This document shows, piece after piece, positions 18,638 through 28,371 of a stretch of DNA of 49,330 bases; position 1 is the first letter of the stretch, and each line of letters starts with the position of its first letter. The notes below the pieces were generated by a model. The model did not search any database and was not told the DNA's origin. It saw nothing but the letters and a program-made list of their open reading frames with translations. This stretch comes from an uncultured archaeon (GTDB lineage: Archaea > Altiarchaeota > Altiarchaeia > IMC4 > QMZM01), in contig CAZQER010000001.1 in the NCBI GenBank assembly GCA_964592095.1, positions 1 through 49,330 on the forward strand, given 5' to 3'. The position numbers and the translations under genes are program-made.

Positions 18638-19504
18638 ATGAGCAAACTTTCATCACTACTTGGGAGGAAATTTTTATATACAGTTGAAATACTCCCGCCA
18701 AGGAATCCCGATATAAAGATTTTATATGATACGATAGATAGACTAAAAAAATTTTCATCCAGGATCATTGCAGTGAATGTTCCCGACCTTCCAAACGCCA
18801 TGCTCTTCATGAATTCATTGGTCTGTGCAATCACATTAAAGCAGAATGATATTGAACCAATTTATCAGATTACATGCAGGGATAAAAATTCTCTTAGCAT
18901 TGAGTCTGATTTACTTGCAGCATCTGCATTTGATATAGAAAATGTTATTGCAACAACTGGAGATTACCCCCTATCAGATAACAGTAACTATAAACTCCTG
19001 AAAATGGTGTATGAGTTGGATTCGACATCACTTATAAAAACGCTGGTGTTTATGAATGAAGGCAGGGATATCGCCGGTGATACGCTAAATAATAAAACAA
19101 ATTTTTATATAGGCTCTGAGATATCTGTAGATGCAAGACCATTAGATCCAGAGGTATACAAGACAAAAAGAAAGTTGAACACTGGGGCAAGATTCCTTCA
19201 AACGAGAAGCGTATTTGAAATAGATAAAATAAATAATTTTCTCAATAGATATGAGTCGCTCATTGGCGAGGATGTTAATAACAGAATTATTGTAGGGCTG
19301 CCAGTAATATATAAACAGATAAAACTGCCAATAATGCCCAATCATATAAAAAAGAGAATCAATGAATCAAAAGAACCATTAGAGGAGGGAGTGCAGATAA
19401 CTCTTGAAAATATAGACGGGGTAAGGGATATTGACGTTGGTGGAATTAATCTTATATCTGGAGGGAATATGGATATAACGGAAAGGATTATCGATCAAAT
19501 TTAA
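18638..19504 (+). CDS. metF: methylenetetrahydrofolate reductase (MetF-type TIM barrel)
   Basis: YTVEILPPRNPD, ITCRDKNSLSIESDLLAASAFDIENVIATTGDYP and GARFLQTR. Confidence 0.78.
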   Translation: MSKLSSLLGRKFLYTVEILPPRNPDIKILYDTIDRLKKFSSRIIAVNVPDLPNAMLFMNSLVCAITLKQNDIEPIYQITCRDKNSLSIESDLLAASAFDIENVIATTGDYPLSDNSNYKLLKMVYELDSTSLIKTLVFMNEGRDIAGDTLNNKTNFYIGSEISVDARPLDPEVYKTKRKLNTGARFLQTRSVFEIDKINNFLNRYESLIGEDVNNRIIVGLPVIYKQIKLPIMPNHIKKRINESKEPLEEGVQITLENIDGVRDIDVGGINLISGGNMDITERIIDQI

Positions 19505-20129
19505 ATGCAGATGGACAGATACTGTTTAGCGAGCATTTATCACATTTTGGATTCCTTGCATTACATGTTTTCCTTCCATGTAGAATTAATATATCAGACA
19601 GCAATATCCAGTATCTCTTTGGTGTTACCTCCATCAGGTCTCTTTCAATCCTATTCCTGTCCTTTTCTTTTGTAAGACCAAGTCTCTGAGCAAGCCTCAT
19701 CACATGCGTATCAACTGCAATTCCCTCTACAATCCCATATCCATGTCCCAAAACTATGTTTGCTGTTTTTCTCGCTACGCCGGGTAATGTCAATAGTTCA
19801 TCCATCGTCTTTGGAATTTTTCCATTGAATTTTTCAATAATCATCTGACAACATCTTTTGATATTTCTCGCCTTGTTCTTGTAGAAACCCGTTGATTTTA
19901 TTTCATTCTCAAATTTATTTATATCAACATTTGCATAATCCTCTACTGTTTTGTATTTCTTGAAGAGATTCTCTGTAATTTTGTTTACTTTTTCATCTGT
20001 ACATTGGGCTGAAAGAATTGTGGCTATCAAAAGTTCAAGGGGATTATTGTGTTTAAGTTCCGTATCTGCATCTGGAAATTCCTTACTCAGTATTTTTATT
20101 ATCTCCCTTACCCTCTCTCTTCTATCCAT
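19488..20129 (-). CDS. nth: endonuclease III
   Basis: LPGVARKTANIVL (catalytic Lys), VDTHV (Asp), and the C-x6-C-x2-C-x5-C cluster CNARNPKCDKCSLNSIC. Confidence 0.9.
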   Translation of the reverse strand: MDRRERVREIIKILSKEFPDADTELKHNNPLELLIATILSAQCTDEKVNKITENLFKKYKTVEDYANVDINKFENEIKSTGFYKNKARNIKRCCQMIIEKFNGKIPKTMDELLTLPGVARKTANIVLGHGYGIVEGIAVDTHVMRLAQRLGLTKEKDRNRIERDLMEVTPKRYWILLSDILILHGRKTCNARNPKCDKCSLNSICPSAFKFDR

Positions 20130-20284
20130 TGTCTGTTATCTGTTATATATTTTCAAATTCTAACTTAATTCCGCCAACAAATTTGGATGTCATATTATTT
20201 ATATCAAATTTTTATTAGGTAAATATTGATTTTTATATTATTATTTATATATCTTATATATTTAATAGGATATTCTAAAATAAT

Positions 20285-20458
20285 TTGAAGATTGAAAGGG
20301 ATGTATTAAAAGCAGCGAGTAGGTTTTATATAAACTCAATGTATGGCGATGGACAGATTACCGTTCCAAAGGAGATAGTAAAGGTACTTGGATTTAAAAA
20401 CAAGGAGAAATTGAAACTGGTATATCATAAGGGCAAACTTATTATAACAAGACTTTGA
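20285..20458 (+). CDS. small AbrB/SpoVT-family DNA-binding protein (below the ORF-track size cut-off)
   Basis: The frame reads (TTG)KIERDVLKAASRFYINSMYGDGQITVPKEIVKVLGFKNKEKLKLVYHKGKLIITRL*. GQITVPKEI-x-K-x-LG is the looped-hinge signature. An alternative ATG start at 20339 gives 39 aa. Confidence 0.55.
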   Translation: MKIERDVLKAASRFYINSMYGDGQITVPKEIVKVLGFKNKEKLKLVYHKGKLIITRL

Positions 20459-20497
20459 TATAGTTTTAGTTTTAAATCCGTAAACATAAATATTAAT

Positions 20498-20818
20498 ATG
20501 GGTGTTTTTGATAGGAGTTATGATAAACGAAACATGGTGATAATAATATTAACTGTGTTATTGATTATCTCATTATCCTATATAGGTTACACGGAGTATA
20601 GAAAATTCATTCAAGAAAATGTGAGAAAAGCCAAAGCAGAGGGTTACAGACAGGGTGTGTTTGATACAATAGTGAAACTCTACAAAGAGGTAGATACCTG
20701 TAGACCCACAAGAATTATCTTGGGGAACAAAACAAAATATGTTATAGATATAGAATGTCTACAACCCTCATCAGCCAACATGCCATCTACAAATATAACA
20801 AATAGATCATCTACATAA
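20498..20818 (+). CDS. hypothetical single-pass membrane protein
   Basis: One N-terminal TM (VIIILTVLLIISLSYIGY), then a 70-aa tail with two Cys and a Ser/Thr/Asn-rich end. Confidence 0.5.
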   Translation: MGVFDRSYDKRNMVIIILTVLLIISLSYIGYTEYRKFIQENVRKAKAEGYRQGVFDTIVKLYKEVDTCRPTRIILGNKTKYVIDIECLQPSSANMPSTNITNRSST

Positions 20819-20844
20819 ACATAATTCAAATTTCACCCCAGACC

Positions 20845-21915
20845 ATGGAAGTTTCTATCATTGGTGCTGGACCAATTGGTTGTATATCTGCACTTTACGG
20901 GATTGAAGAACACGATATAAGTATCTACGAGGGTAGAAGAGAGAGAAGGATGCAATGTTCGGGATTGATTAGCAAGGATGGGCTTCTTTCTCTTGGAATC
21001 CCAATAAAGAAGTCTGTAATCCAAAACAGGATAAGAGGTGCAAAATTATTTTCTCCATCTGGAATGGTTGTGGAAATAGATGGAAGAACTACCAAAGCAT
21101 ATGTTATTGATAGGGTGGGGTTTGATAATTATCTCATAGATAAAATACTTGGCTTTGATGTTGATATTATAGAGAAACAGGTGAGGTTAAAGGATATTGC
21201 GGATTTTAGAGGACATTCTGATATGGTTGTACTTGCCACTGGTACAAATTACTCATTGCACAGGTCGTTGGGTTTGGATATGCCAAAAGAGTTTCTTTTT
21301 GGGGCCCAATATGAAATGATGATTGAGTGTGATTCCGAATTTGTTGAATTACATTTTAACATGCCCGATTTCTTTTCATGGATAATTCCGGTAGATGAAT
21401 ATGCGAGAGTTGGGGTTTGTTTGAAGACGAATCCATTGCCATATCTGCACAAATTTATTGAGGGTTTGGGAAATGAGGGGAGGATTCATAATTACAGTAT
21501 AAGGGATGAACACTATGGTTTGATACCAATTCATAATCCCTCTATGCGTACAAAATATGGAGATTTATTGTTGGTGGGTGATGCCGCAGGGCATGTGAAG
21601 GCATCCACGGGAGGGGGTATAGTCATGGGTGGAAAGGCAGCCAGACATATATATAGTGAGGATTACGAACGGGAATGGAGAAAACACATAGGTAATGAGT
21701 TGAGATTACATCTTATGATTCACAGATTCCTATCACGACTTTCAGATAAAAACAAAGATAGATTATTCTCAATTATTAATGAACATAAATACATAATTGA
21801 AGAAAAAGGCGATATGGATTCGGCATATAAATCACTATCGGCACTTTTCAGAAATCCCATTCTTATAGCAAAATTTATATCCAGCCTCCCTGCGTTTATA
21901 TATGACCTTCTCTAA
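20845..21915 (+). CDS. geranylgeranyl reductase-family FAD oxidoreductase
   Basis: IIGAGPIGC, RVGFDNYL, VGDAAGHVKASTGGGI. Confidence 0.75.
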   Translation: MEVSIIGAGPIGCISALYGIEEHDISIYEGRRERRMQCSGLISKDGLLSLGIPIKKSVIQNRIRGAKLFSPSGMVVEIDGRTTKAYVIDRVGFDNYLIDKILGFDVDIIEKQVRLKDIADFRGHSDMVVLATGTNYSLHRSLGLDMPKEFLFGAQYEMMIECDSEFVELHFNMPDFFSWIIPVDEYARVGVCLKTNPLPYLHKFIEGLGNEGRIHNYSIRDEHYGLIPIHNPSMRTKYGDLLLVGDAAGHVKASTGGGIVMGGKAARHIYSEDYEREWRKHIGNELRLHLMIHRFLSRLSDKNKDRLFSIINEHKYIIEEKGDMDSAYKSLSALFRNPILIAKFISSLPAFIYDLL

Positions 21916-22697
21916 GAATCCTCGATATTATCCCAAATATCGCCGTTGTTATTTCCAATAATCTCATCAGTATATTCAAAATTTGCCCTAAGGAGATCAT
22001 ATATATCCGATAAATCAACCCACCTCCTTATCATTAGGCCCTTTATCTTGAGATTATCCTCTATCATTAACTGTATTGCAGATGGAATTTCAAATTCACC
22101 CCTTTTGGATTTCTCCACCAGAAGTATATACTCCCCTACTATTCTATTGAAGATATAAAATGGACATGCTGCAATATTATCAATGATTTCCTGTCTGGAT
22201 GGTTTTTCAATTATTCTTGATATAAAATTGTCCTCGTCAAGTTTAACCGTGCTTGCCTCACTTATCCTCCCCGCGGATAATCTTCTTAATGGTATCGTCG
22301 CACTACATTTCTCAGTGAAATGCATACTAATCAAATCTTTTATATCATTCTCAAAGATTATAAAATCTGATGCAGTTACTATAAAATCATCATCAACGAA
22401 TGGAACTGCCTCTTTCAGCGCATCTGCTGTTCCCAATTGGTTTCTCTGTTTTACATATCTTACAATTATATTCCCAATTCCGATCTTTTCCCCGATATGT
22501 TTTTGTAGATACTTCCTAATCTGCTTACCTTTATAACCAATTACTATAATAAATTCATCAATTCCTACTGCGTTTAAATTTTCTATTATATGCAGGATTA
22601 TTGGTTTTCCATTTACTGGAAGTAGGGGCTTTGCTATATAATCTGTTAATGGTATCAATCTTTTCCCTCTTCCAGCGCAGAGGATTACTGCATTCAT
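21912..22697 (-). CDS. NTP-transferase family sugar-phosphate nucleotidyltransferase
   Basis: MNAVILCAGRGKRLIPLTDYIAKPLLPV and GTADAL. The 3' end overlaps the convergent GGR gene by 4 nt. Confidence 0.78.
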   Translation of the reverse strand: MNAVILCAGRGKRLIPLTDYIAKPLLPVNGKPIILHIIENLNAVGIDEFIIVIGYKGKQIRKYLQKHIGEKIGIGNIIVRYVKQRNQLGTADALKEAVPFVDDDFIVTASDFIIFENDIKDLISMHFTEKCSATIPLRRLSAGRISEASTVKLDEDNFISRIIEKPSRQEIIDNIAACPFYIFNRIVGEYILLVEKSKRGEFEIPSAIQLMIEDNLKIKGLMIRRWVDLSDIYDLLRANFEYTDEIIGNNNGDIWDNIEDS

Positions 22698-22751
22698 CTT
22701 TCTCTACCCATATCACGTTATTTTATATAAATAAACTACTAAATCTTATAC

Positions 22752-23030
22752 ATGGAGGTCTATAAAATATTTTTGATAAGTGTATCAACAATAATTCTAA
22801 TATTCGTGCCGGGATTTATGCTCAGCATGGCAATATTTCCAAGAAAGTATGAATTGGATAATATGGAAAGGGTTGGTATTAGTTTTGTTCTCGGTCTGAT
22901 GCCACAATTTTTGTTATACTTTGCAGATAAAAATCTCTTTATCCCGATAAATACCCTGACATCTTATATAAGCATCGTGTTGGTTTCTCTTATGGGTTTA
23001 GTTATCTGGTTTTATAGAGTGAATAGATAA
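22752..23030 (+). CDS. small membrane protein resembling the N-terminal part of DUF1616
   Basis: Three predicted TM segments. FVPGFMLSMAIFPRKYELDNMERVGISFVLGL resembles the DUF1616 N-terminal pattern as I recall it. Confidence 0.45.
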   Translation: MEVYKIFLISVSTIILIFVPGFMLSMAIFPRKYELDNMERVGISFVLGLMPQFLLYFADKNLFIPINTLTSYISIVLVSLMGLVIWFYRVNR

Positions 23031-23048
23031 ATTGATAATTAATGAATA

Positions 23049-24248
23049 ATGAAACATGGAAAAACAATAAGAGATCCAATTCATGGGAATATAACACTGA
23101 GCGATATAGAATTGAAATTGCTTGATACCCCTCAGTTACAGAGAATGAGAAGAATAAAGCAGAATGGTCTCTGCTATCTTATATATCCTGCAATGAACTC
23201 CACCAGATTTGAGCACTCACTAGGTGTGATGCACCTTGCAGGCAGGGTTGCAGACCATTTAGAACTGGGTGGGGAAGAAAAAATAAATCTGAGAATAGCA
23301 GGTTTATTACATGATATAGGACACTGTGCTTTTTCACATACATCTGATGCGGTGTTGAATAAAATTGGGATATCTCATGAAGAGAATTCAATTCAAATGA
23401 TAATAAGGACTGAAATTGCAGATATATTGAAGGAAAATGGCATAAATCCAATTGAGGTTACGGAACTTATTACTGGAAGAGGGAGGTTTGGAAAGATTAT
23501 TTCGTCAGAAATCGATGTTGATAAGATGGATTATCTGATAAGAGATTCGTATTATGCGGGTGTTGCATATGGTATAATCGATTTGGAGAGGATAATATAT
23601 GGAATGAAGATTATAAAGGGGGAGATGGTAATAAACAGAGGTAGTCTTGAGGCGGTTGAATCTCTACTTATAAGCAGGAACATGATGTATCAGACAGTTT
23701 ATAGACATCATACAAAGAGGATTGTGGAATCCATGTTTTCAGAGGCATTGAACGACCTGCTGGAAAATGGAAAGACAGGGTATGATGAATTTCTGCTCAT
23801 GGACGATATAGACCTTGTCTATGTTTTGAGACATTCTGGAGGATATTCACAGGATATTATGAAGAGAATAGATGAGAGGAGATTATTCAAGATATTCTTC
23901 CAGGAGAATCTCTCGGCGGTAAACGAAAATTTCAGGAAGGAGATGTATGAGAACAAGCACAAGATTCAGGAGAGGATTGCAGATGATTATGGTATAGAGA
24001 GGGGTTATCTGCTTTTGGATACGCCCGAATCCAAGATGAGTGAGTTCATGATTAAGGTTGAAGATAGTGATGGAGAACTCAGAAGAATTGATGAGATATC
24101 AAACCTTGCAAAGGTATTGGAGAAATCAGAAATAGAAAAACTCAATTTCTGCATATATGCGCCATTAGAGGAATTCAAAAAATTGAAGAATTTTAATGCA
24201 GAAAGATATATAGAATTTGAGCAGACGAGATTAAATAGATATATGTAG
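23049..24248 (+). CDS. HD-domain phosphohydrolase (COG1078, SAMHD1/dNTPase-like)
   Basis: IRDPIHGNI, RFEHSLGV, LLHDIGHCAFSH and DKMDYLIRDSYY. Confidence 0.88.
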   Translation: MKHGKTIRDPIHGNITLSDIELKLLDTPQLQRMRRIKQNGLCYLIYPAMNSTRFEHSLGVMHLAGRVADHLELGGEEKINLRIAGLLHDIGHCAFSHTSDAVLNKIGISHEENSIQMIIRTEIADILKENGINPIEVTELITGRGRFGKIISSEIDVDKMDYLIRDSYYAGVAYGIIDLERIIYGMKIIKGEMVINRGSLEAVESLLISRNMMYQTVYRHHTKRIVESMFSEALNDLLENGKTGYDEFLLMDDIDLVYVLRHSGGYSQDIMKRIDERRLFKIFFQENLSAVNENFRKEMYENKHKIQERIADDYGIERGYLLLDTPESKMSEFMIKVEDSDGELRRIDEISNLAKVLEKSEIEKLNFCIYAPLEEFKKLKNFNAERYIEFEQTRLNRYM

Positions 24249-24265
24249 AAAAATTATTAAAATTA

Positions 24266-25219
24266 TTAAACCTCCCTTATTGGCTCAAGCATTTCTATCA
24301 ATTTCTCACTTACTGCGTTTTTTAAATCTACTGGATGTAGTTTATTGGAGATATATGCATCTTCTAATTCTTTGTAGGTATAGAATTCTATATCCCCTCC
24401 ATATCTATCAGGTCTCTTTATTTCAAATTTATCACATCTTGGGAAGATGAGATATTTACATATTTCAATTATTGGGTTGCCCCTAATTTCTGGAGGACAG
24501 TATGCACTATTTATTCTTCTTTTTATCTCTTCCGGAGCCTCGTCAACCCTTATCATAGTCTCTGGTTTACTACTACTCATTTTTGTTTTTGGACCCTGAA
24601 GTGAACATAACAGCGGAGTATGTATACATACGGGTTTCTTATAACCTATTTCCGGAAGGAGTTCTCTGGAGAGCATATGTATTCTCCTCTGTTCCATACC
24701 ACCATGAGCGATATCTACATCAAGTGCTTTAATATCGGCAATCTGCATTAATGGATAAATCATCTGACTCACCTTTGCATTTTCTATATCCCTTGCAATT
24801 TCCTGCATGCTCCTTCTTGCTCTCATAAGGGATGTTTTTAGACTTAAGGTGAGAACATCATGTATATACTCATTTTCAAATTCAAAATCCGTTCCCATTA
24901 TATAATCTGCCTTATTCAGACCAAACCTTATTAGTGAGTTTTTCCATCTCTCAATCATCTCATCTATAAATTTTTCATCACCCTTCCTATTGAGATATGT
25001 ATGCAAATCAGCCAAAAGAACCTTAACTCTCAATCCTACATTCTGAAAATCTATCTGTTTATTTACAGCAACTAATGTTCCTATATGAACGGGGCCAGAA
25101 ACTTCATAACCACAGTAGGTTGTTGGGTTTTTGTTTTCCTTTAAAAGGATTTGAAGTTCTCTTTCAGTTACAATTTCCGAAACATTCCTTTTTATTAATT
25201 CCAGTTTATTAATTGACAT
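24266..25219 (-). CDS. tyrS: tyrosine--tRNA ligase (archaeal type)
   Basis: Collinear with my recollection of M. jannaschii TyrRS: GYEVSGPVHIGT (HIGH), MEQRRIHMLSRELLP, KMSSSKP (KMSKS) and LHPVDLKNAVSEKLIEMLEPIR. Confidence 0.96.
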   Translation of the reverse strand: MSINKLELIKRNVSEIVTERELQILLKENKNPTTYCGYEVSGPVHIGTLVAVNKQIDFQNVGLRVKVLLADLHTYLNRKGDEKFIDEMIERWKNSLIRFGLNKADYIMGTDFEFENEYIHDVLTLSLKTSLMRARRSMQEIARDIENAKVSQMIYPLMQIADIKALDVDIAHGGMEQRRIHMLSRELLPEIGYKKPVCIHTPLLCSLQGPKTKMSSSKPETMIRVDEAPEEIKRRINSAYCPPEIRGNPIIEICKYLIFPRCDKFEIKRPDRYGGDIEFYTYKELEDAYISNKLHPVDLKNAVSEKLIEMLEPIREV

Positions 25220-25245
25220 TGACTTAGAACCTCCTCACCTATCTG

Positions 25246-25488
25246 TTACTTTATAGACTCTAAATCACTTATTATATCCCACAAGATTGTTTTAGCATGC
25301 ATAGGTATATTTACATCGTCAATGACTTCCTCCAATTCGTAAATTGCTGTTGTAACCCTCACAGCCAAATCGGGTTTGCTCTTTTTTAGGTCATCGGACA
25401 CTTTCTGTAATAAACTTCTAACCCTTCCCGGCATAGAATAATCCCTTGATGTTTCATCTATTTTCTCTATCACACCATTAAGATCCAT
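25246..25488 (-). CDS. UPF0147 family small protein
   Basis: 80 aa. MPGRVRSLLQKVSDDL...VRVTTAIYELEEVIDDVNIPMHAKTILWDIISDLE fits the UPF0147 pattern. Confidence 0.7.
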   Translation of the reverse strand: MDLNGVIEKIDETSRDYSMPGRVRSLLQKVSDDLKKSKPDLAVRVTTAIYELEEVIDDVNIPMHAKTILWDIISDLESIK

Positions 25489-25610
25489 TTTACGTTATCA
25501 ATAATCAAGAATGGATCCACAGATAGTTAGTATTATAAATATACATAAATATACTATGGGATAAGATAATAATTAAGTAGTTTTATAAATACTGGAAAAT
25601 AACTATAAAA

Positions 25611-26216
25611 ATGAGGATATTGTATAGGGGTGCCGAGGCAAATCTATATCTGAAAGGTGATAGACTAATAAAGGAGAGGATAAAGAAAAAATACAGAGTA
25701 AGGTATCTTGATGAAAAATTAAGAAAATCGCGCACAAAAAGGGAATCTAAATTATTGGATAGTGCCAGAAGAGCAGGCGTTTATGTTCCTCTCTTATATA
25801 ATGTTGGTGAGAATAAATTAGAGATGGAATTCATAGATGGGGTATCAATAAAAGAATTCCTTGATAATCTCGATAAATCTGACTCAAAAAATATAAAAGA
25901 GATTTCTAAAATGATTGGTGAATCCGTTTTAAAACTACATAATGCAAACATCATACATAATGACCTTACCACATCTAATATGATTCTTAGAAATAAAAAA
26001 CTTTATATGGTTGATTTCGGTCTTGGCATAAATTCCACAAGAATTGAGGATAAAGCAACGGACCTTGTGGTTCTGAAAAAATCATTGAAGGCTGCCCATA
26101 GTGATAAATTTGATGATATATGGAATAAGATCCTAAAGGCTTACAGTGAATGCAGATACTATAAGGAGATTCTTAAAAGGATTGGTGAGATAGAAAAAAG
26201 AGCTAGATATGCATAG
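25611..26216 (+). CDS. bud32: Kae1-associated kinase Bud32 (stand-alone)
   Basis: GAEANLY, IIHNDLTTSNMIL, MVDFGLG. Confidence 0.88.
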   Translation: MRILYRGAEANLYLKGDRLIKERIKKKYRVRYLDEKLRKSRTKRESKLLDSARRAGVYVPLLYNVGENKLEMEFIDGVSIKEFLDNLDKSDSKNIKEISKMIGESVLKLHNANIIHNDLTTSNMILRNKKLYMVDFGLGINSTRIEDKATDLVVLKKSLKAAHSDKFDDIWNKILKAYSECRYYKEILKRIGEIEKRARYA

Positions 26217-26325
26217 ATAAGGAATTTGAGATAACCAATGCTTTTTCTTGCGTCGTAAAATTTGGTCAAAGATTAAAGGCGAAACTCATGGATTGATTAA
26301 TTATCATTTTTTATAAATATTTAAC

Positions 26326-26907
26326 ATGACATCGCGTTTTGAAAATCAAAAAAGGATTGCTATTGAAAGGCTTAAGAACGCTATTGAAGATGATGAGGTT
26401 GATAGGGATATCCTGGGGTTAATTAACTATATAAACTCTCTAAATAATTTTTATACAACCTCAAGTTGTTCCGGAAGGATTACACTACTGCACGATTTGG
26501 GCTCTAAAATAAAAAATGATTGGTTGGGTAAGTGGCACAGAGAGGTAAGATTTGATGAAATTCTGGATTCTCTTTCAAATATTCCTGCAAATGGGATTGT
26601 GTGGTTCAAATATGAATCCCCTATACTGCATATAGTTTCAAAAACCATTGATAATGCAAAACTTCTCATCAATATTGCCAGAGATTCGGGATATAAGAGG
26701 GTTGGAATTCAGGGTTTAAAAAATGAGAGGTATGTTGTTGAGATATGTGATACTGAAAGGGTTGATTGTCCGATAGTTGATAATGGAAACCTTCTTGTCG
26801 ATAATAATTATTTAAAATATCTCACAAGATTTTCAAATATGAAATTTAGAAACGGTAGAAAGAAATTGATGAAATTTGAAAGAGAAATAAAAAGACAAAT
26901 TGGATAA
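26326..26907 (+). CDS. taw3: tRNA wybutosine-synthesizing protein 3 homologue (Taw3)
   Basis: FYTTSSCSGRI motif in a protein of about 190 aa. Confidence 0.82.
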   Translation: MTSRFENQKRIAIERLKNAIEDDEVDRDILGLINYINSLNNFYTTSSCSGRITLLHDLGSKIKNDWLGKWHREVRFDEILDSLSNIPANGIVWFKYESPILHIVSKTIDNAKLLINIARDSGYKRVGIQGLKNERYVVEICDTERVDCPIVDNGNLLVDNNYLKYLTRFSNMKFRNGRKKLMKFEREIKRQIG

Positions 26908-26945
26908 AGAAGATTTAAGCAGATAATTCAAAAATAAATAAGAAA

Positions 26946-28367
26946 ATGAATTTTAAAGAGATTAGAAAAGGGGTCTGGGAATTTAGAGATAAAGAGACTA
27001 ATGTTCCAATAAGAGTATATGCTACTGATAAGATATTCAGGTCTATGGAAGAAGGAGTATTTAAACAGGCGTTTAATGTAGCAAAACTTCCTGGAATACA
27101 GAAGGCAAGTTTGGTAATGCCTGATGGTCATTATGGGTATGGATTTCCAATAGGGGGTGTTGCAGCGTTTGATTTGGAAAATGGAATTATAAGCCCTGGT
27201 GGTGTTGGTTATGACATAAACTGTGGTGTTAGGCTTTTAACAACAAATCTGAGGGTGAATGAGGTAAAACCAAAATTGAGAGAACTTATGGATAAATTAT
27301 TTATAAATATACCATCAGGTGTTGGGAGTGAAAGCAAATTAAGGGTATCAATTGATGAATTGGATAATGTGGCTACCTTGGGTGCCAAATGGGCTATAGA
27401 AAACGGCTATGGTGTTAGGGAGGATTTAAAACACATAGAGGAAAATGGCTCCATGAGTGGGGCAAATCCAGAAAAGGTCAGTAATAGGGCAAAGTCAAGG
27501 GGAAAATCTCAGTTGGGAACTCTCGGAGCAGGAAATCACTTCCTTGAGGTGCAGAGGGTTGATAAGATTTTTGATAAAGAAATTGCCGAAAGATTTGGTA
27601 TAAATTCCGAAGGTCAGATAACCATTATGATACATTGTGGTTCGAGGGGTTATGGACATCAGATTGCTGATGAGTATATAAAGATAATGCTCTCTGCAGC
27701 AAGAAAATATAAAATAGAACTGCCTGATATGGAACTTGCCTGTGCACCATTAAATTCAGATGAGGCAAAAGATTATTTTCGTGCAATGTATTGTGCGGTT
27801 AATTTTGCATTCTGCAACAGACAGATAATAACCCACTGGGTCAGGGAGACATTTAGGAAGATATTCGGAGATGAGATAACATTGGACCTTGTGTATGATG
27901 TCTGCCATAATATCGCAAAATTTGAGAAACACACAATCAATGGAGAAAAAATGATGCTGTGTGTTCACAGAAAGGGAGCTACACGAGCATTCTCTGCGGG
28001 TAGAAAGGAAATTCCAGAAGTATATAAATCTACGGGGCAACCAGTAATAATCCCCGGAGATATGGGAACCGCATCCTACATACTTATTGGAACAGACAGG
28101 GCAATGAATGAGACATTTGGTAGTACATGTCATGGTGCGGGAAGAGTAATGTCTAGGCATAAGGCAATAAAAAGATTCAGAGGTACTGAAATACAGAGAC
28201 AATTAGAATCAAAGGGTGAGATTGTTAGAGCAACACACCCAAAGGTATTGGCAGAAGAGGCATCTAAAGCGTACAAGGATGTTGATGAAATAATTAAGAG
28301 TGTTGAGCTTAGCGGTATATCAAAGGCAATAGCCAGAGTAATACCTATGGGTGTGGCTAAGGGGTGA
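26946..28367 (+). CDS. rtcB: RNA-splicing ligase RtcB
   Basis: PDGHYGYGFPIGGV, GYDINCGVR, GAGNHFLE, HCGSRGYGHQ, HNIA and CHGAGR. No intein insertion. Confidence 0.96.
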   Translation: MNFKEIRKGVWEFRDKETNVPIRVYATDKIFRSMEEGVFKQAFNVAKLPGIQKASLVMPDGHYGYGFPIGGVAAFDLENGIISPGGVGYDINCGVRLLTTNLRVNEVKPKLRELMDKLFINIPSGVGSESKLRVSIDELDNVATLGAKWAIENGYGVREDLKHIEENGSMSGANPEKVSNRAKSRGKSQLGTLGAGNHFLEVQRVDKIFDKEIAERFGINSEGQITIMIHCGSRGYGHQIADEYIKIMLSAARKYKIELPDMELACAPLNSDEAKDYFRAMYCAVNFAFCNRQIITHWVRETFRKIFGDEITLDLVYDVCHNIAKFEKHTINGEKMMLCVHRKGATRAFSAGRKEIPEVYKSTGQPVIIPGDMGTASYILIGTDRAMNETFGSTCHGAGRVMSRHKAIKRFRGTEIQRQLESKGEIVRATHPKVLAEEASKAYKDVDEIIKSVELSGISKAIARVIPMGVAKG

Positions 28368-28371
28368 AATA

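Noticed and set aside
23049-24248. HD-domain dNTPase-like gene considered as an anti-viral dNTP-depletion defence gene
   Set aside because: The COG1078 HD protein is broadly conserved in archaea. It sits here among housekeeping genes (tyrS, nucleotidyltransferase) with no defence-island context.
15083-28367. RtcA and RtcB considered as an RNA-repair operon
   Set aside because: The genes are 11 kb apart on opposite strands, no RtcR-like regulator is present, and both are standard archaeal housekeeping genes.
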